Below are positions 29,960 through 39,670 of a stretch of 64,000 bases of DNA, piece after piece. This DNA is from a virus (lineage: Duplodnaviria > Caudoviricetes), in the IMG/VR virus record IMGVR_UViG_3300021255_000152, positions 74,029 through 138,028 of that record. One strand, 5' to 3'. The notes under the pieces were generated by a model that saw nothing but the letters and a program-made list of their open reading frames with translations, ran no database searches and was not told the origin of the DNA. The position numbers were made by a program, and so were the translations under genes. Position 1 is the stretch's first letter; each line of letters opens with the position of its first letter.

Positions 29960-30307
29960 TTAGTCAATTTTATAATTTTTTCCTTTATCTGTTATAGCAT
30001 ATACCACAGGATCTTTAGAAACCTTCTCAGCGAAGCCGTCTGATACCAATTTTCTTAAAGCACCAGATACAGCTCTGGAAGAAATTCCCAATCCATTCGC
30101 AATATCTTTTGCTTTACCAAGCTTGATGTCATTGTCCTGCATATACTTTAGGACAACTTTTCCACTATCAGTAATTTCAGGTTTTCCTGCATTATCATCT
30201 TCAAGGATTTTGATATAATCTTTTATATCATCTGAAATAATACTATCTGTAAATGCTTTATCGTGTTCCATTAGTTTGTTAATAAAATCTAAAAATTCTC
30301 TTTTCAT
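29960..30307 (-). CDS. Winged-helix DNA-binding protein
   Basis: AKDIANGLGISSRAVSGALRKLVSDG...YAITDKG. Confidence 0.78.
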   Translation of the reverse strand: MKREFLDFINKLMEHDKAFTDSIISDDIKDYIKILEDDNAGKPEITDSGKVVLKYMQDNDIKLGKAKDIANGLGISSRAVSGALRKLVSDGFAEKVSKDPVVYAITDKGKNYKID

Positions 30308-30366
30308 TGTATTTCCCTTTCAAATCCTTATACTTTATTATAACAAAAAAATCCAATAGAAGCAAT

Positions 30367-31242
30367 TTACTTCTCTTCGTCAAAGATGAGTGGTGTGCTG
30401 TAAGGTAACTCATGCGCCCAATCAATAAATTGCGCCCATTCAGTTAGCTTATGCCCCTGTCTTTGATGGCAGATAGTTCTTAAATTTTCATAATTCATAG
30501 TTACTGTTCTTGTCTGTAGCCAGCCTTCTGGTAGCCAACGTACAAGTTCTTTCCAGTAACGCTTATCTTTTGTTTTGTTGTACTTTTGGCGTAAAGACTC
30601 TAAGAATCCAATAATAGTTTCAAGTTGATGAAAATCTTCTTCTTTTTCGCCTATAACATCTCTAACAGAAATATGGTAACTATATGGAGTGTCTCCATGA
30701 TCGTCAATACCTTCTTCAAAGATTAAATCTGGATTATAATCATCAATTTCAAAACAATCTATTGTAATAGGAGTTGAAGCCAATTTATGCATTGTGGAAG
30801 TAGAATTAGCACAAGTGCCTACTTTATATGTATCAAATTCTTTCCACCAATAAATCGGTGCGGTAATATCTACACTTACAAAAATTTGACGTAAAAATTT
30901 ACGATGTTCTGGTCCGCCCGCAATTAAACGTTTAGCTAAATCCATATCATTTGGACCAATCCAGGTCATTTTATATGCACGCCCTGTTTCATCTGCTTTA
31001 ATAGTACCATTTTTGAAAAGCCAATCGAGATATTCGTCCTCTTTACGGCCATATTCAACTGTTCCTCTTTTAAGTTCAGGATGCATTTTTTCTACCCACT
31101 TATCAGCGATATCAACCCCAAAAAAGTTAATATCTCCAGAAAGTGCAAAACGGCTATCTGATCTATCCCAACTTGCTAAAGGATTACGCATACCCATTAT
31201 AGCATGATTAATATTACATACTTCATAATTTTCAAATTTCAT
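30367..31242 (-). CDS. Divergent ThyX-like (flavin-dependent thymidylate synthase fold) protein
   Basis: HRKFLRQI, APIYWWKEFDTYK, STMH, LP..RTVTMNYENL..QR..HKLTEW. Confidence 0.6.
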   Translation of the reverse strand: MKFENYEVCNINHAIMGMRNPLASWDRSDSRFALSGDINFFGVDIADKWVEKMHPELKRGTVEYGRKEDEYLDWLFKNGTIKADETGRAYKMTWIGPNDMDLAKRLIAGGPEHRKFLRQIFVSVDITAPIYWWKEFDTYKVGTCANSTSTMHKLASTPITIDCFEIDDYNPDLIFEEGIDDHGDTPYSYHISVRDVIGEKEEDFHQLETIIGFLESLRQKYNKTKDKRYWKELVRWLPEGWLQTRTVTMNYENLRTICHQRQGHKLTEWAQFIDWAHELPYSTPLIFDEEK

Positions 31243-31508
31243 TAAATATTTCCTCCGAATCCCTTAACATCGCATCCAATTGCCGCAAGGAATTCATCAA
31301 TATCATCTAAATAACAGTTTGGTAAATATTTGCTTGATTCTTGCAAAAATTCAATATAAGATATAATTGTAATATCATATCCATATGATTTTGCTTTAAC
31401 TAGCATTGCTTCTGGATTTCTACATACAAATGTAGCACCCTCAGCCGCACATAAACCCATAATTTCTTTTGTTTTGCCACTACCTGGCTCACGAATTATT
31501 TTAACCAT
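31242..31508 (-). CDS. Small P-loop-like hypothetical protein
   Basis: EPGSGKT and YLDD in only 88 aa. Confidence 0.55.
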   Translation of the reverse strand: MVKIIREPGSGKTKEIMGLCAAEGATFVCRNPEAMLVKAKSYGYDITIISYIEFLQESSKYLPNCYLDDIDEFLAAIGCDVKGFGGNI

Positions 31509-31511
31509 TAT

Positions 31512-32498
31512 TTATTCCTCTGTGTTGTTTCCACGAGTTGTATTAAAGCCATAATCTGCACTTTGGAAATAATCAATCCAAAAGCGTTCGCGTTCATTTA
31601 ATCTTGAACGATCACATTCCTCAATGACTTCATACATAAAATGCTCTGGACCAACATCTTTCATTTCTGTATAAAATCTATTGTTTGATGCATTGATACC
31701 AAGACCTGCCTTAATATGATCTCTAAATCTAGTTCGAATATCTACACTTTGTCCGATATAACATTTATTGGTATCAAGATTTGTTATTTTATATATACCA
31801 ACCATAGGAGTTCCAGAAGGAGTAACTCTGTTTAATAGATCGGTAACTGGACGCTTGTAATAAACTTCCCAGATTACCTTGTTAATGGCAGAAGTATCTC
31901 CTCGCAATTCTTTAACTGCCTTTTTGAGGACATCTATATCCCATAACTGGTTTTCTGTAATATGAATTTGATAAAATCTCTTTTTATCTTCTGATGCAAG
32001 TCTGCGAAGTTCTTCTTCATTTGCGGCACGAACTTTCTTTTTCATTTCGTCCAGAAGATCAGATACTTCAACTACTTCATCAACTCTTGCTTTATATTCC
32101 TCTTGGACTTCTTTTAAAAGTTCAAGATATTGTTCTTTTGCTTCATTTTCTGCTTGACGATATTTCTTAGATGCTTCTTCAGCAGATTGCGACATACGCT
32201 CCTGCATTGCGTCAAAAGCTAAATCATATGTTTCTTGCGCCTTAGCTTTTGATTCTTCTGAAATACGAGTTATATCATCATTTAAATCTCTTTTTTTATT
32301 TACTAATGCTTGAATTGCAGTTTCTTCTGAAGCAATTTTTGATATTAATTCATTATGTTTTGCAGTTAATTCTTTATTTTTCTCTTCGGTTTCTTTATCG
32401 AGTTCTACTTTTCTTTTATAGAATGTATTTAATAATAAATAACCATAGGCTAATAAAGCAACCACAAATATTATGATTAAAATATGTATTCAATTCAT
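31512..32498 (-). CDS. Membrane-anchored coiled-coil GIY-YIG nuclease; TGA=Trp at codon 3
   Basis: RBS AAGAGGG, then ATG AAT TGA ATA CAT ATT..., in frame with track ORF 31512..32465, completing the TM helix. C-terminal GIYKITN..CYIGQS..R..H..ERE..GFN. Confidence 0.8.
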
Positions 32499-32514
32499 TC
32501 TAATACCCTCTTAG

Positions 32515-32548
32515 AAAAATAGGGGTAGAATTTATCTACCCCATATTT
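32515..32548 (-). terminator. Intrinsic terminator
   Basis: GGGGTAGA-loop-TCTACCCC with a T-run on the minus strand. Confidence 0.75.
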
Positions 32549-32556
32549 AACTGTTA

Positions 32557-32829
32557 TTACTTCGCATCTGTTTCTGCATCTGGGTTAAATGCCATGCCCT
32601 CTGCTGTAAGACTGAGAAGCTTAATTGCTTTATGAGAGCCATCATCAAGCTCAATTTCAGCAGGAGTGCGAACACCAAGTCCCTTGCGGCAGAGTGCTGT
32701 GAAGCATCCATCTACAGAACGCTTGTTTGGAATGCCGAGAGCCTTTGCAACATCTTCTGCTGTGAGGTTCTCACCATTGTGCTGCTTAAGATAATTCAAT
32801 ACATTTCTAGAATTTTCATTCATTGCCAT
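32557..32829 (-). CDS. Small winged-helix DNA-binding protein
   Basis: VLNYLK..LTAEDVAKALG..SVDG..L..KGL..LTAEG. Confidence 0.72.
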   Translation of the reverse strand: MAMNENSRNVLNYLKQHNGENLTAEDVAKALGIPNKRSVDGCFTALCRKGLGVRTPAEIELDDGSHKAIKLLSLTAEGMAFNPDAETDAK

Positions 32830-32878
32830 AATAATAATTTCTCCTTTAATCTAAATATATTTTATTATTGATGTAAAA

Positions 32879-32907
32879 ATTATATCACATTTTTTTAGTT
32901 AAGTCAA
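32879..32907 (-). promoter_or_regulatory. sigmaA-type promoter
   Basis: TTGACT-N17-TATAAT with extended TG. Confidence 0.7.
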
Positions 32908-32908
32908 T

Positions 32909-33097
32909 TTATTTTTTATTTAATTTTCTCAGCACCAATTCATCAATCTCAAAAAGTTCTTCCAAGCTCAAATTATTTTTTAGGCAGATATCCTGTATCT
33001 CCTGCTCTGCGGTCTCACGCAATGTTGGGTTTGAGCGCATACTTTCGAGCTGACTTATTCGTTCTGCGATTTTCTTTATACGTGCCTTACTTGCCAT
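32909..33097 (-). CDS. Hypothetical protein
   Basis: AAGGA RBS, 62 aa. Confidence 0.55.
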   Translation of the reverse strand: MASKARIKKIAERISQLESMRSNPTLRETAEQEIQDICLKNNLSLEELFEIDELVLRKLNKK

Positions 33098-33143
33098 AAC
33101 TGTTCCTTAATTTTTACATTTATATTATACATAATTTTTTTTA

Positions 33144-35123
33144 TTAACGCAAGAAGTTAGAAATAAATTCCTCTTCTGTGATAATAGGTACTCCGAGCTG
33201 TTTAGCCTTTTGGTTTTTACTTGAGACTGAATCAATATCATTATTAATAAGATAAGTTGTTTTGGATGTAATAGAATTTCCTACTTTACCTCCTTTGGCT
33301 TCAATATCCTTCTGGAGAGCAGCTCTATTTTTATAAGTTTTCAAAGAACCAGTAATAACGAAGGTCTGACCTGCTAAAGAAGAATCTTGCTGTTCTTCTT
33401 GAGGATTGTTTTCGTCAAAAGTTAAAATTCTTACTATTTCATCAGCTTCAGCATAATCAAAATGTTTAATACTATGGTCTATTTCAATTCCAAAATTATC
33501 TAATTTAAAGAAATGATAAGAATCATCTTTAACCGCATCTCTAAATTCAGCATAAGTCTTAAAATGTTTTGCCAATTCTTTTGCAGTATTTCTGCCAACA
33601 AGTGGAATACCAATAGCTGATATATAAGAATCTAATGTTGTGTTTCTTGAGGCAGTAATTGCGGCTAAAATTTTATCTACTGATTTAGCACCGAATCCTG
33701 GCTTCTTAATCCATTCATCCCTATGATCCTCAAGCAAATAAATATCTTTCAGATTCTCAATCCAACCCCAGTCAATAAGTTTCTCTAAAGTTGCTTCAGA
33801 TAATCCTTTAATATCTAGGCCTTTCTTTCCGCAGTAGTGATCTAATCTATTTACTAATTTACCTGGACAACCTGGATTCGCACAAACAAAATTCATAACT
33901 CCATCTGGAGAAGTCTCAAGTGCTACGTCTCCACCGCATATTGGACATTGTTCTATTACATCATTTGCAGAAACACTCCCAGCCGCAACCATCTCTTCAT
34001 AACCATAATGAGGACCAGCTTCTAAAATTTGAGGTATAATCATATTGGCTTTAAAAATTTTTACTTTTTCACCAACATAAGCACAAGGCCCTAAAGTTTT
34101 ACGTAAAACGCTATAGTTATGAAGACTTGCTCGTTCAACAGTAGAACCATCTAATTCAATCGGTTCAAATACTGCTACTGGTGTAAGTACACCAGTACGG
34201 CCCATAGTCCAGTCGATATATTTTAAATGAGATTCAACTGTTTCAATTTCTGGTTTCCACGCAATTCCATCTCTAAAATGGTGGCCAGTTGCACCAAGAG
34301 ATTCCGCATATGCGTAGTCATTAAATTTCCATACTACACCATCATTTGGAATATCTTTATCCAGGTTTCTAACCTGTCTATTTACTTCATCAATATCATT
34401 AACGTTTAAATCTGGTAAAAGATAAGGTACAACATTAAATCCCAAACCAAGAGCAGTTCTAAGTGCTTCTGTTTTGGTTTGGCCTGGTTCAGGAGTAATA
34501 ACTTCCCATGCGATAAATGTAATCAGACGCTCTTTTACAATATTTAAATCAAGTAAATTTAATGAACCAGCAACCGTATTACGAGGATTCTTAAATTCAT
34601 TATTTTGATTGATTTTATCAAAAGCATAGTATTTAATAACAGCTTCACCGTCTATAATATATTCACCTGGCATTCCAATAAATGTTGGCGTGCAAGTAAA
34701 ATATTTAACATGTTCTGTAATATCAGAACCAATCTGGCCGTCACCTCTTGTATTAGCGGAATATAAATGACCATTTTTATACTTAAGTCTAACTGAAACA
34801 CCATCGCATTTTAATGATGCGAAAACAGGTTTGTCCTTGCAGAAATCTTTAATCTCTTTTGCTGTATGGCATTTATCCAGACTTAACATTGGACGCGGAG
34901 TAATAGCAATTTTCTCTAGCTTATCTAATACTGGTGCGCCAACTATTTGAGAACCTCTTTGATCTTCTGGAATTTTATACTTCTCTTCAAGGGCTTTTAG
35001 TTTCTCCAATTTTAAATCATATTCTTGATCAGACATAATTGGAGTATCAGAATTATAATATGCATTATTTGCTTCTTTTATTTCATGTTCTAAATTTTTT
35101 ACTTTTGTTGATTTAATAAACAT
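33144..35123 (-). CDS. ligA: NAD+-dependent DNA ligase
   Basis: YY..SDQEYD, MLSLDK, KCDG, TRGDG, NPRN, GRTG, Zn finger, HhH, BRCT. Confidence 0.96.
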   Translation of the reverse strand: MFIKSTKVKNLEHEIKEANNAYYNSDTPIMSDQEYDLKLEKLKALEEKYKIPEDQRGSQIVGAPVLDKLEKIAITPRPMLSLDKCHTAKEIKDFCKDKPVFASLKCDGVSVRLKYKNGHLYSANTRGDGQIGSDITEHVKYFTCTPTFIGMPGEYIIDGEAVIKYYAFDKINQNNEFKNPRNTVAGSLNLLDLNIVKERLITFIAWEVITPEPGQTKTEALRTALGLGFNVVPYLLPDLNVNDIDEVNRQVRNLDKDIPNDGVVWKFNDYAYAESLGATGHHFRDGIAWKPEIETVESHLKYIDWTMGRTGVLTPVAVFEPIELDGSTVERASLHNYSVLRKTLGPCAYVGEKVKIFKANMIIPQILEAGPHYGYEEMVAAGSVSANDVIEQCPICGGDVALETSPDGVMNFVCANPGCPGKLVNRLDHYCGKKGLDIKGLSEATLEKLIDWGWIENLKDIYLLEDHRDEWIKKPGFGAKSVDKILAAITASRNTTLDSYISAIGIPLVGRNTAKELAKHFKTYAEFRDAVKDDSYHFFKLDNFGIEIDHSIKHFDYAEADEIVRILTFDENNPQEEQQDSSLAGQTFVITGSLKTYKNRAALQKDIEAKGGKVGNSITSKTTYLINNDIDSVSSKNQKAKQLGVPIITEEEFISNFLR

Positions 35124-35125
35124 AG

Positions 35126-35467
35126 TTAAAAATCCTCTTTAAAAAATCGTTGAAGAGCTTTATAATCATCGTCTTCTTCAAAGACTTTTTCACAAATAAT
35201 TGAACCAATGTATATTTTATCTCTAATATCAAATTCATCTAATAAATCAATTTCTTTTATATGTTTTTTACCTTTTGGCTCATATATAGAATCTGCTGGA
35301 ATAGTATAATAGCCTAATAAAATAACATTAGTATAAGATTCTGCCCCATACCAGCCGCAAAAATTGCCTTCTCCTTCCCAGTGATGGCCATTGTTAAATT
35401 TAAATAAACCAATAGCGGTTGTATGATAATCACTTTCTTCATTTAATCTATTAACATAATATTTCAT
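35126..35467 (-). CDS. Hypothetical protein
   Basis: Open ORF upstream of the ligase. Confidence 0.55.
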   Translation of the reverse strand: MKYYVNRLNEESDYHTTAIGLFKFNNGHHWEGEGNFCGWYGAESYTNVILLGYYTIPADSIYEPKGKKHIKEIDLLDEFDIRDKIYIGSIICEKVFEEDDDYKALQRFFKEDF

Positions 35468-35514
35468 ATTTATATTTTACCATAATTTTTTATTAAAAAC
35501 AAAAAGGTGTATTT

Positions 35515-37842
35515 CTACACCTTTGAAACTGATTGTATTCTATCTTTAATGGCTATTACGCCAGACGCATTTCGTCCAAGAGTAGAAATATCCTTGGCTG
35601 AAATACAAATTGATTTAGAAAGTCCTATAATAAGAACTGTATCTTCATCATTAAGAAGTGCGGCATCAGCTACTTCGCTATCACCCTTATAGCAGATAAC
35701 ACCCTTTCCACCACGCTTCTGTGTAATGAATTCACTAGCAGCAACTCTCTTACTATTTCCATTAACTGCAAATATTCCAAGAGAGTCATTCTCGTCTCTT
35801 ACTACAAGTGCAGCAACTACTTCATCTCCATCATTAAGAGTAATACCCTTAACTCCTTGTGTTGAACGAGAAGTAGGAGCAATATCTAATGAACTGAATT
35901 TAATACACATACCCTTTTTAGTGATAAGCATAATTGGTTCATCTTTAATTAAACCGATACTTGCTAAACTGTCACCTTCACGCAATGAGATAGAAGATAT
36001 ACCAGTCTTCTTTTTTGTCTTAATATATTCATCTATTGGAGTCTTCTTAACAACGCCATTCTTTGTTACAAACAATACGAATTTTGCATCAGTATCTTTG
36101 TAGATAGAATATATTACTGCTGGTTTTTCATTTGGTGCAAGAGAGAGAAGTGTTGTAATAGGAACACCCTTTGTTATGTTATTTGTTTCAGGAATCTTAT
36201 CAACCAAGAGTCGATACATATTACCCTTATCTGTAAAGACCATTAATGAATCTACTGTGTTGGTTCTGATAACAGAATTTACAATATCATCATTAGTTTT
36301 GACTCCCTTGCCGCCTCGCTTTTGAGTTTTAAATGCGGTTACAGGAACTCGCTTAATTAAACCAGATTCAGTCATAATTACCGCTACTTTCTCTGGCTCA
36401 ACTGCAGCGATTTCTTTATCTTCCTTTGCTATGGTAATCTGTGCCAATTCAGTCTTACGGTCATCGCCAAATTCATTTACAATCTGACCTAATCGGCTAA
36501 GAATTATATCTTTTTGCTTTTGATCAGAACTTAAAATAAGATTATTGGAATTAATTCTATCTAAAAGTTCGTCTCTTTCTTGATTTAATTCAATTCCTTC
36601 CAATTTAGCCAAGGAGCTTAATCTCATTGCAAGAATAGCTTTTGCTTGATTCTCTGTAAATTTATATTTAGCAATTAAAGCATCTTTTGCCGCAGCTGAA
36701 TTATCAGATTTCTTAATTAAGGCAATGATATTATCAATATCTTCGATTGCTTTTAACAAGCCTTCAATAATTTCAACGCGAGCCTTGTCTTTTCTAATAT
36801 CAAATTCAAGTTCTCTTCTTAAGCAAGAAAGATTATGATCTACATAAATCTTGCAGCAATCTTTAAGGTTTAACTCTGTTGGAGTCTTACCCACAAGAGC
36901 AACCTGATTATAAGAGAATGTTGTTTGTAAATCTGTCTTTGCGAAAAGTTGATTTACAATATAATTTACATTTGCCCCACGTTCGAGTTCAATAACAATT
37001 CTAATACCTTTCTTGTTAGTTTCGTCTCGAACATCATCAATACCGTTAATTTCTTCTGCGGCATCGCCAATCTGCGCAAGTAAAGATTCTACGGTAATTC
37101 CATAAGGAATCTCATAAAACACGATATTATTTTTCTCTGTTTTATATTTTCCTCTAATCTTTACGCTACCATGACCTGTTCGCATAATATCAGGAATATC
37201 ATCCTTGTTGATGACAATTCCTCCCGTTGGAAAGTCAGGACCTGGAAGAGTTGGTTCTTCACCATTCATATACTGAGCAATTGCCCCAGCCACTTCTTTA
37301 AGATTGTGCGGCGCCCAGTTACACGCCATAGCTACGCCAATACCGCTATTTGGATTACAGAGAAGGTTAGGAAAAATTGAATGTAAAACAACAGGTTCTT
37401 CCATTGTTTCATCATAGTTTGGAATGAAATCTACAATATCTTTATCCAATCCTTTTAATAAACCCTTTTCCGCAATTTTGGCTAAACGAGCCTCCGTATA
37501 ACGTGCAGCCGCAGGTCCATCACCCACAATGTTACCATTATTGCCATGCCAGTCAATAAGCGGATAACGCATAATCCAATCTTGAGAAAGTCGAGCCATC
37601 GCGCCATAGATAGAACTATCACCATGAGGGTGAAGCTTACCCATTACATCGCCTACAATTCGGGCGGATTTAACATGTGGTTTAGAGGATGAGCGACCTT
37701 CAATATCACATGAATATAAAATACGCTTTGCTACTGGTTTGAGGCCATCTAATGCAGATGGAATTGCTCTATCAGTATTTACCGCATATGCATATTCAAT
37801 AAAATTTCGATGTAATTCATCATAAATATCATTATTCTGCAT
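35515..37842 (-). CDS. gyrA: Type IIA topoisomerase subunit A (gyrase A-like)
   Basis: DGLKPV, HPHGD, AARYTE, GPDFPTGG, QKRGGKG GyrA-box, beta-pinwheel repeats. Confidence 0.93.
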   Translation of the reverse strand: MQNNDIYDELHRNFIEYAYAVNTDRAIPSALDGLKPVAKRILYSCDIEGRSSSKPHVKSARIVGDVMGKLHPHGDSSIYGAMARLSQDWIMRYPLIDWHGNNGNIVGDGPAAARYTEARLAKIAEKGLLKGLDKDIVDFIPNYDETMEEPVVLHSIFPNLLCNPNSGIGVAMACNWAPHNLKEVAGAIAQYMNGEEPTLPGPDFPTGGIVINKDDIPDIMRTGHGSVKIRGKYKTEKNNIVFYEIPYGITVESLLAQIGDAAEEINGIDDVRDETNKKGIRIVIELERGANVNYIVNQLFAKTDLQTTFSYNQVALVGKTPTELNLKDCCKIYVDHNLSCLRRELEFDIRKDKARVEIIEGLLKAIEDIDNIIALIKKSDNSAAAKDALIAKYKFTENQAKAILAMRLSSLAKLEGIELNQERDELLDRINSNNLILSSDQKQKDIILSRLGQIVNEFGDDRKTELAQITIAKEDKEIAAVEPEKVAVIMTESGLIKRVPVTAFKTQKRGGKGVKTNDDIVNSVIRTNTVDSLMVFTDKGNMYRLLVDKIPETNNITKGVPITTLLSLAPNEKPAVIYSIYKDTDAKFVLFVTKNGVVKKTPIDEYIKTKKKTGISSISLREGDSLASIGLIKDEPIMLITKKGMCIKFSSLDIAPTSRSTQGVKGITLNDGDEVVAALVVRDENDSLGIFAVNGNSKRVAASEFITQKRGGKGVICYKGDSEVADAALLNDEDTVLIIGLSKSICISAKDISTLGRNASGVIAIKDRIQSVSKV

Positions 37843-37843
37843 T

Positions 37844-38971
37844 TTATTCTCCAGCCTCCTTATCATCAATCAAGATATATGCATTAGATAAAGACCTTTG
37901 TCCAAAGATAAGTCTTCCTCCAACTAAGAATCCTTGAGCATCCCAATCTGTATCATTTAAAATATCTATTAATTTTGAAATACTATATTTGTTATTGTCT
38001 TTTGGTACTAAAGCTAGAATAGAACCATCAAACCATCCGCTGTCATTTGTAAAGAATGGTTTCATATCTCTTGTTCTACTATTTACATAAATCTTTTCTT
38101 TATTAATGTGACGAATTGCTCGTCCCCATTCCCACCAGTTAGATTCTGTAAAGTGTTTAATTTTTCTATTTAAGAGAGCTTGTTTATGCTGTAACATATA
38201 CTCATTTGGTTCTGTATAATAATGAGCCTTTTTGGTTAAACCAGTTCTTTTAGTATCAGAAACCACTAGATCAATATTTCCAGTTTCTTCAATAAAAACA
38301 TTGTTTAATCCACTTGCTCCACCCACTAAAACATCAAATATATCACTTATAATTACCTTCTGTTTATTTTTACTATTATCAGAGTTAATTACTAAATAGC
38401 CATTATTACATTCAACAGGAATGGTATGAGAACCTCCTTTAACCCATCTAAAAATTACTACATTTGGGGCTGCATCTGGAAATACTTGAATATCACCAAA
38501 TTCCTTCCAAAAGGTAAAGCCTCCTTGTTCAAACAGCCTTTTGTTAAGACTTAGCGCATATGTGGCTTTAATAAAATCTCTAGGGGTTATGAATATTAAT
38601 TCTCCTCCTGGTTTTAATAGATCAATGCATCTGTCTATAAAAAATATATATAGATTAGTTCTTGAATCAAATTTTTGAGGAAGTTTTCTTTTTGTATCAG
38701 AGTCAATGTTTTGATACTTTATATATGGAGGATTCCCAATAATGGTATCAAAACTAACATCTTTTAAATCAAAGAAATTCATTACTTTTGCTCGTTTGTG
38801 AGCAACGGTTGGATCAATTTCTACTCCCATGGCAGATGGAAGTAAATCTAAGAAAACTCCTGCACCACAAGAAGGTTCTAAAATAGAACCTTCATTTTCT
38901 ATAAGACTAACCATTTCTTCTGCTATTTGAGTGGGAGTAAAAAATTGACCATATAATTCTTTATTGTCCAT
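37844..38971 (-). CDS. N6-adenine DNA methyltransferase (gamma class, TaqI/Eco57I-like)
   Basis: GQFFTP, LEPSCGAG, IIGNPPY, NLYIFF, LKPGG. Confidence 0.9.
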   Translation of the reverse strand: MDNKELYGQFFTPTQIAEEMVSLIENEGSILEPSCGAGVFLDLLPSAMGVEIDPTVAHKRAKVMNFFDLKDVSFDTIIGNPPYIKYQNIDSDTKRKLPQKFDSRTNLYIFFIDRCIDLLKPGGELIFITPRDFIKATYALSLNKRLFEQGGFTFWKEFGDIQVFPDAAPNVVIFRWVKGGSHTIPVECNNGYLVINSDNSKNKQKVIISDIFDVLVGGASGLNNVFIEETGNIDLVVSDTKRTGLTKKAHYYTEPNEYMLQHKQALLNRKIKHFTESNWWEWGRAIRHINKEKIYVNSRTRDMKPFFTNDSGWFDGSILALVPKDNNKYSISKLIDILNDTDWDAQGFLVGGRLIFGQRSLSNAYILIDDKEAGE

Positions 38972-39617
38972 AAGCTCTTTCTTGCTCCCATTCTAGTAAA
39001 ATATCTAAACCAGAAACCTTTCTTTTAAAAGATTCTGTAAATGTTTGTAAAATGTATGCGCACTGTTCTTCACGAGAACGTGTAGTAAAGGATATATTTT
39101 TTCCCCAATTACACTGGAAAGGAAGATTATTTCCATTTGGAACCAAAGTATCAATTCTTTTTAATGAGGTAAAAAGAATTTTATTTGTGTTCTTGAAAAC
39201 AATTAAGAAGTAATAATCCTTATCATTGTCGCAATAAAATTTCTTTAATGCTTTATTGAAATCTTCCCAATGATTTAGATTACCTTCATCTTTAATTTCA
39301 TCATATTGTAATCCAGTTAGCGCATAAAACATTCCAAACTTAGATGAAATATTATCAGCTGTTCTTCCTTCTGTTATTTTTAAATTAACTGGATAAAAAT
39401 TTCCATGATATTTAATACAGAAATCATACCAATATCTTGGTCTAGGAGCTTTTTCAATATAAATATCAGTATTGGATAAGCTATCTGCTAAATAATCTAT
39501 AACAGTATTCTCAGAAATAGCTGAAGATAATCTTCCATCTTCCATACTATTATCAAGCAGTAAATCAGTAATTGCTTCTGATTCAAGTGTAGTTTTTAAG
39601 TATTCAAAATTTTCCAT
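38961..39617 (-). CDS. Putative type II restriction endonuclease (PD-(D/E)xK-like)
   Basis: SE..WYDF...PVNLK motif; overlaps the MTase start. Start approximate. Confidence 0.6.
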   Translation of the reverse strand: MENFEYLKTTLESEAITDLLLDNSMEDGRLSSAISENTVIDYLADSLSNTDIYIEKAPRPRYWYDFCIKYHGNFYPVNLKITEGRTADNISSKFGMFYALTGLQYDEIKDEGNLNHWEDFNKALKKFYCDNDKDYYFLIVFKNTNKILFTSLKRIDTLVPNGNNLPFQCNWGKNISFTTRSREEQCAYILQTFTESFKRKVSGLDILLEWEQERAYGQ

Positions 39618-39670
39618 ACTTATCCTCTTCTTATTTATTATATCATATTTTATATTAATTATCAAAAATT

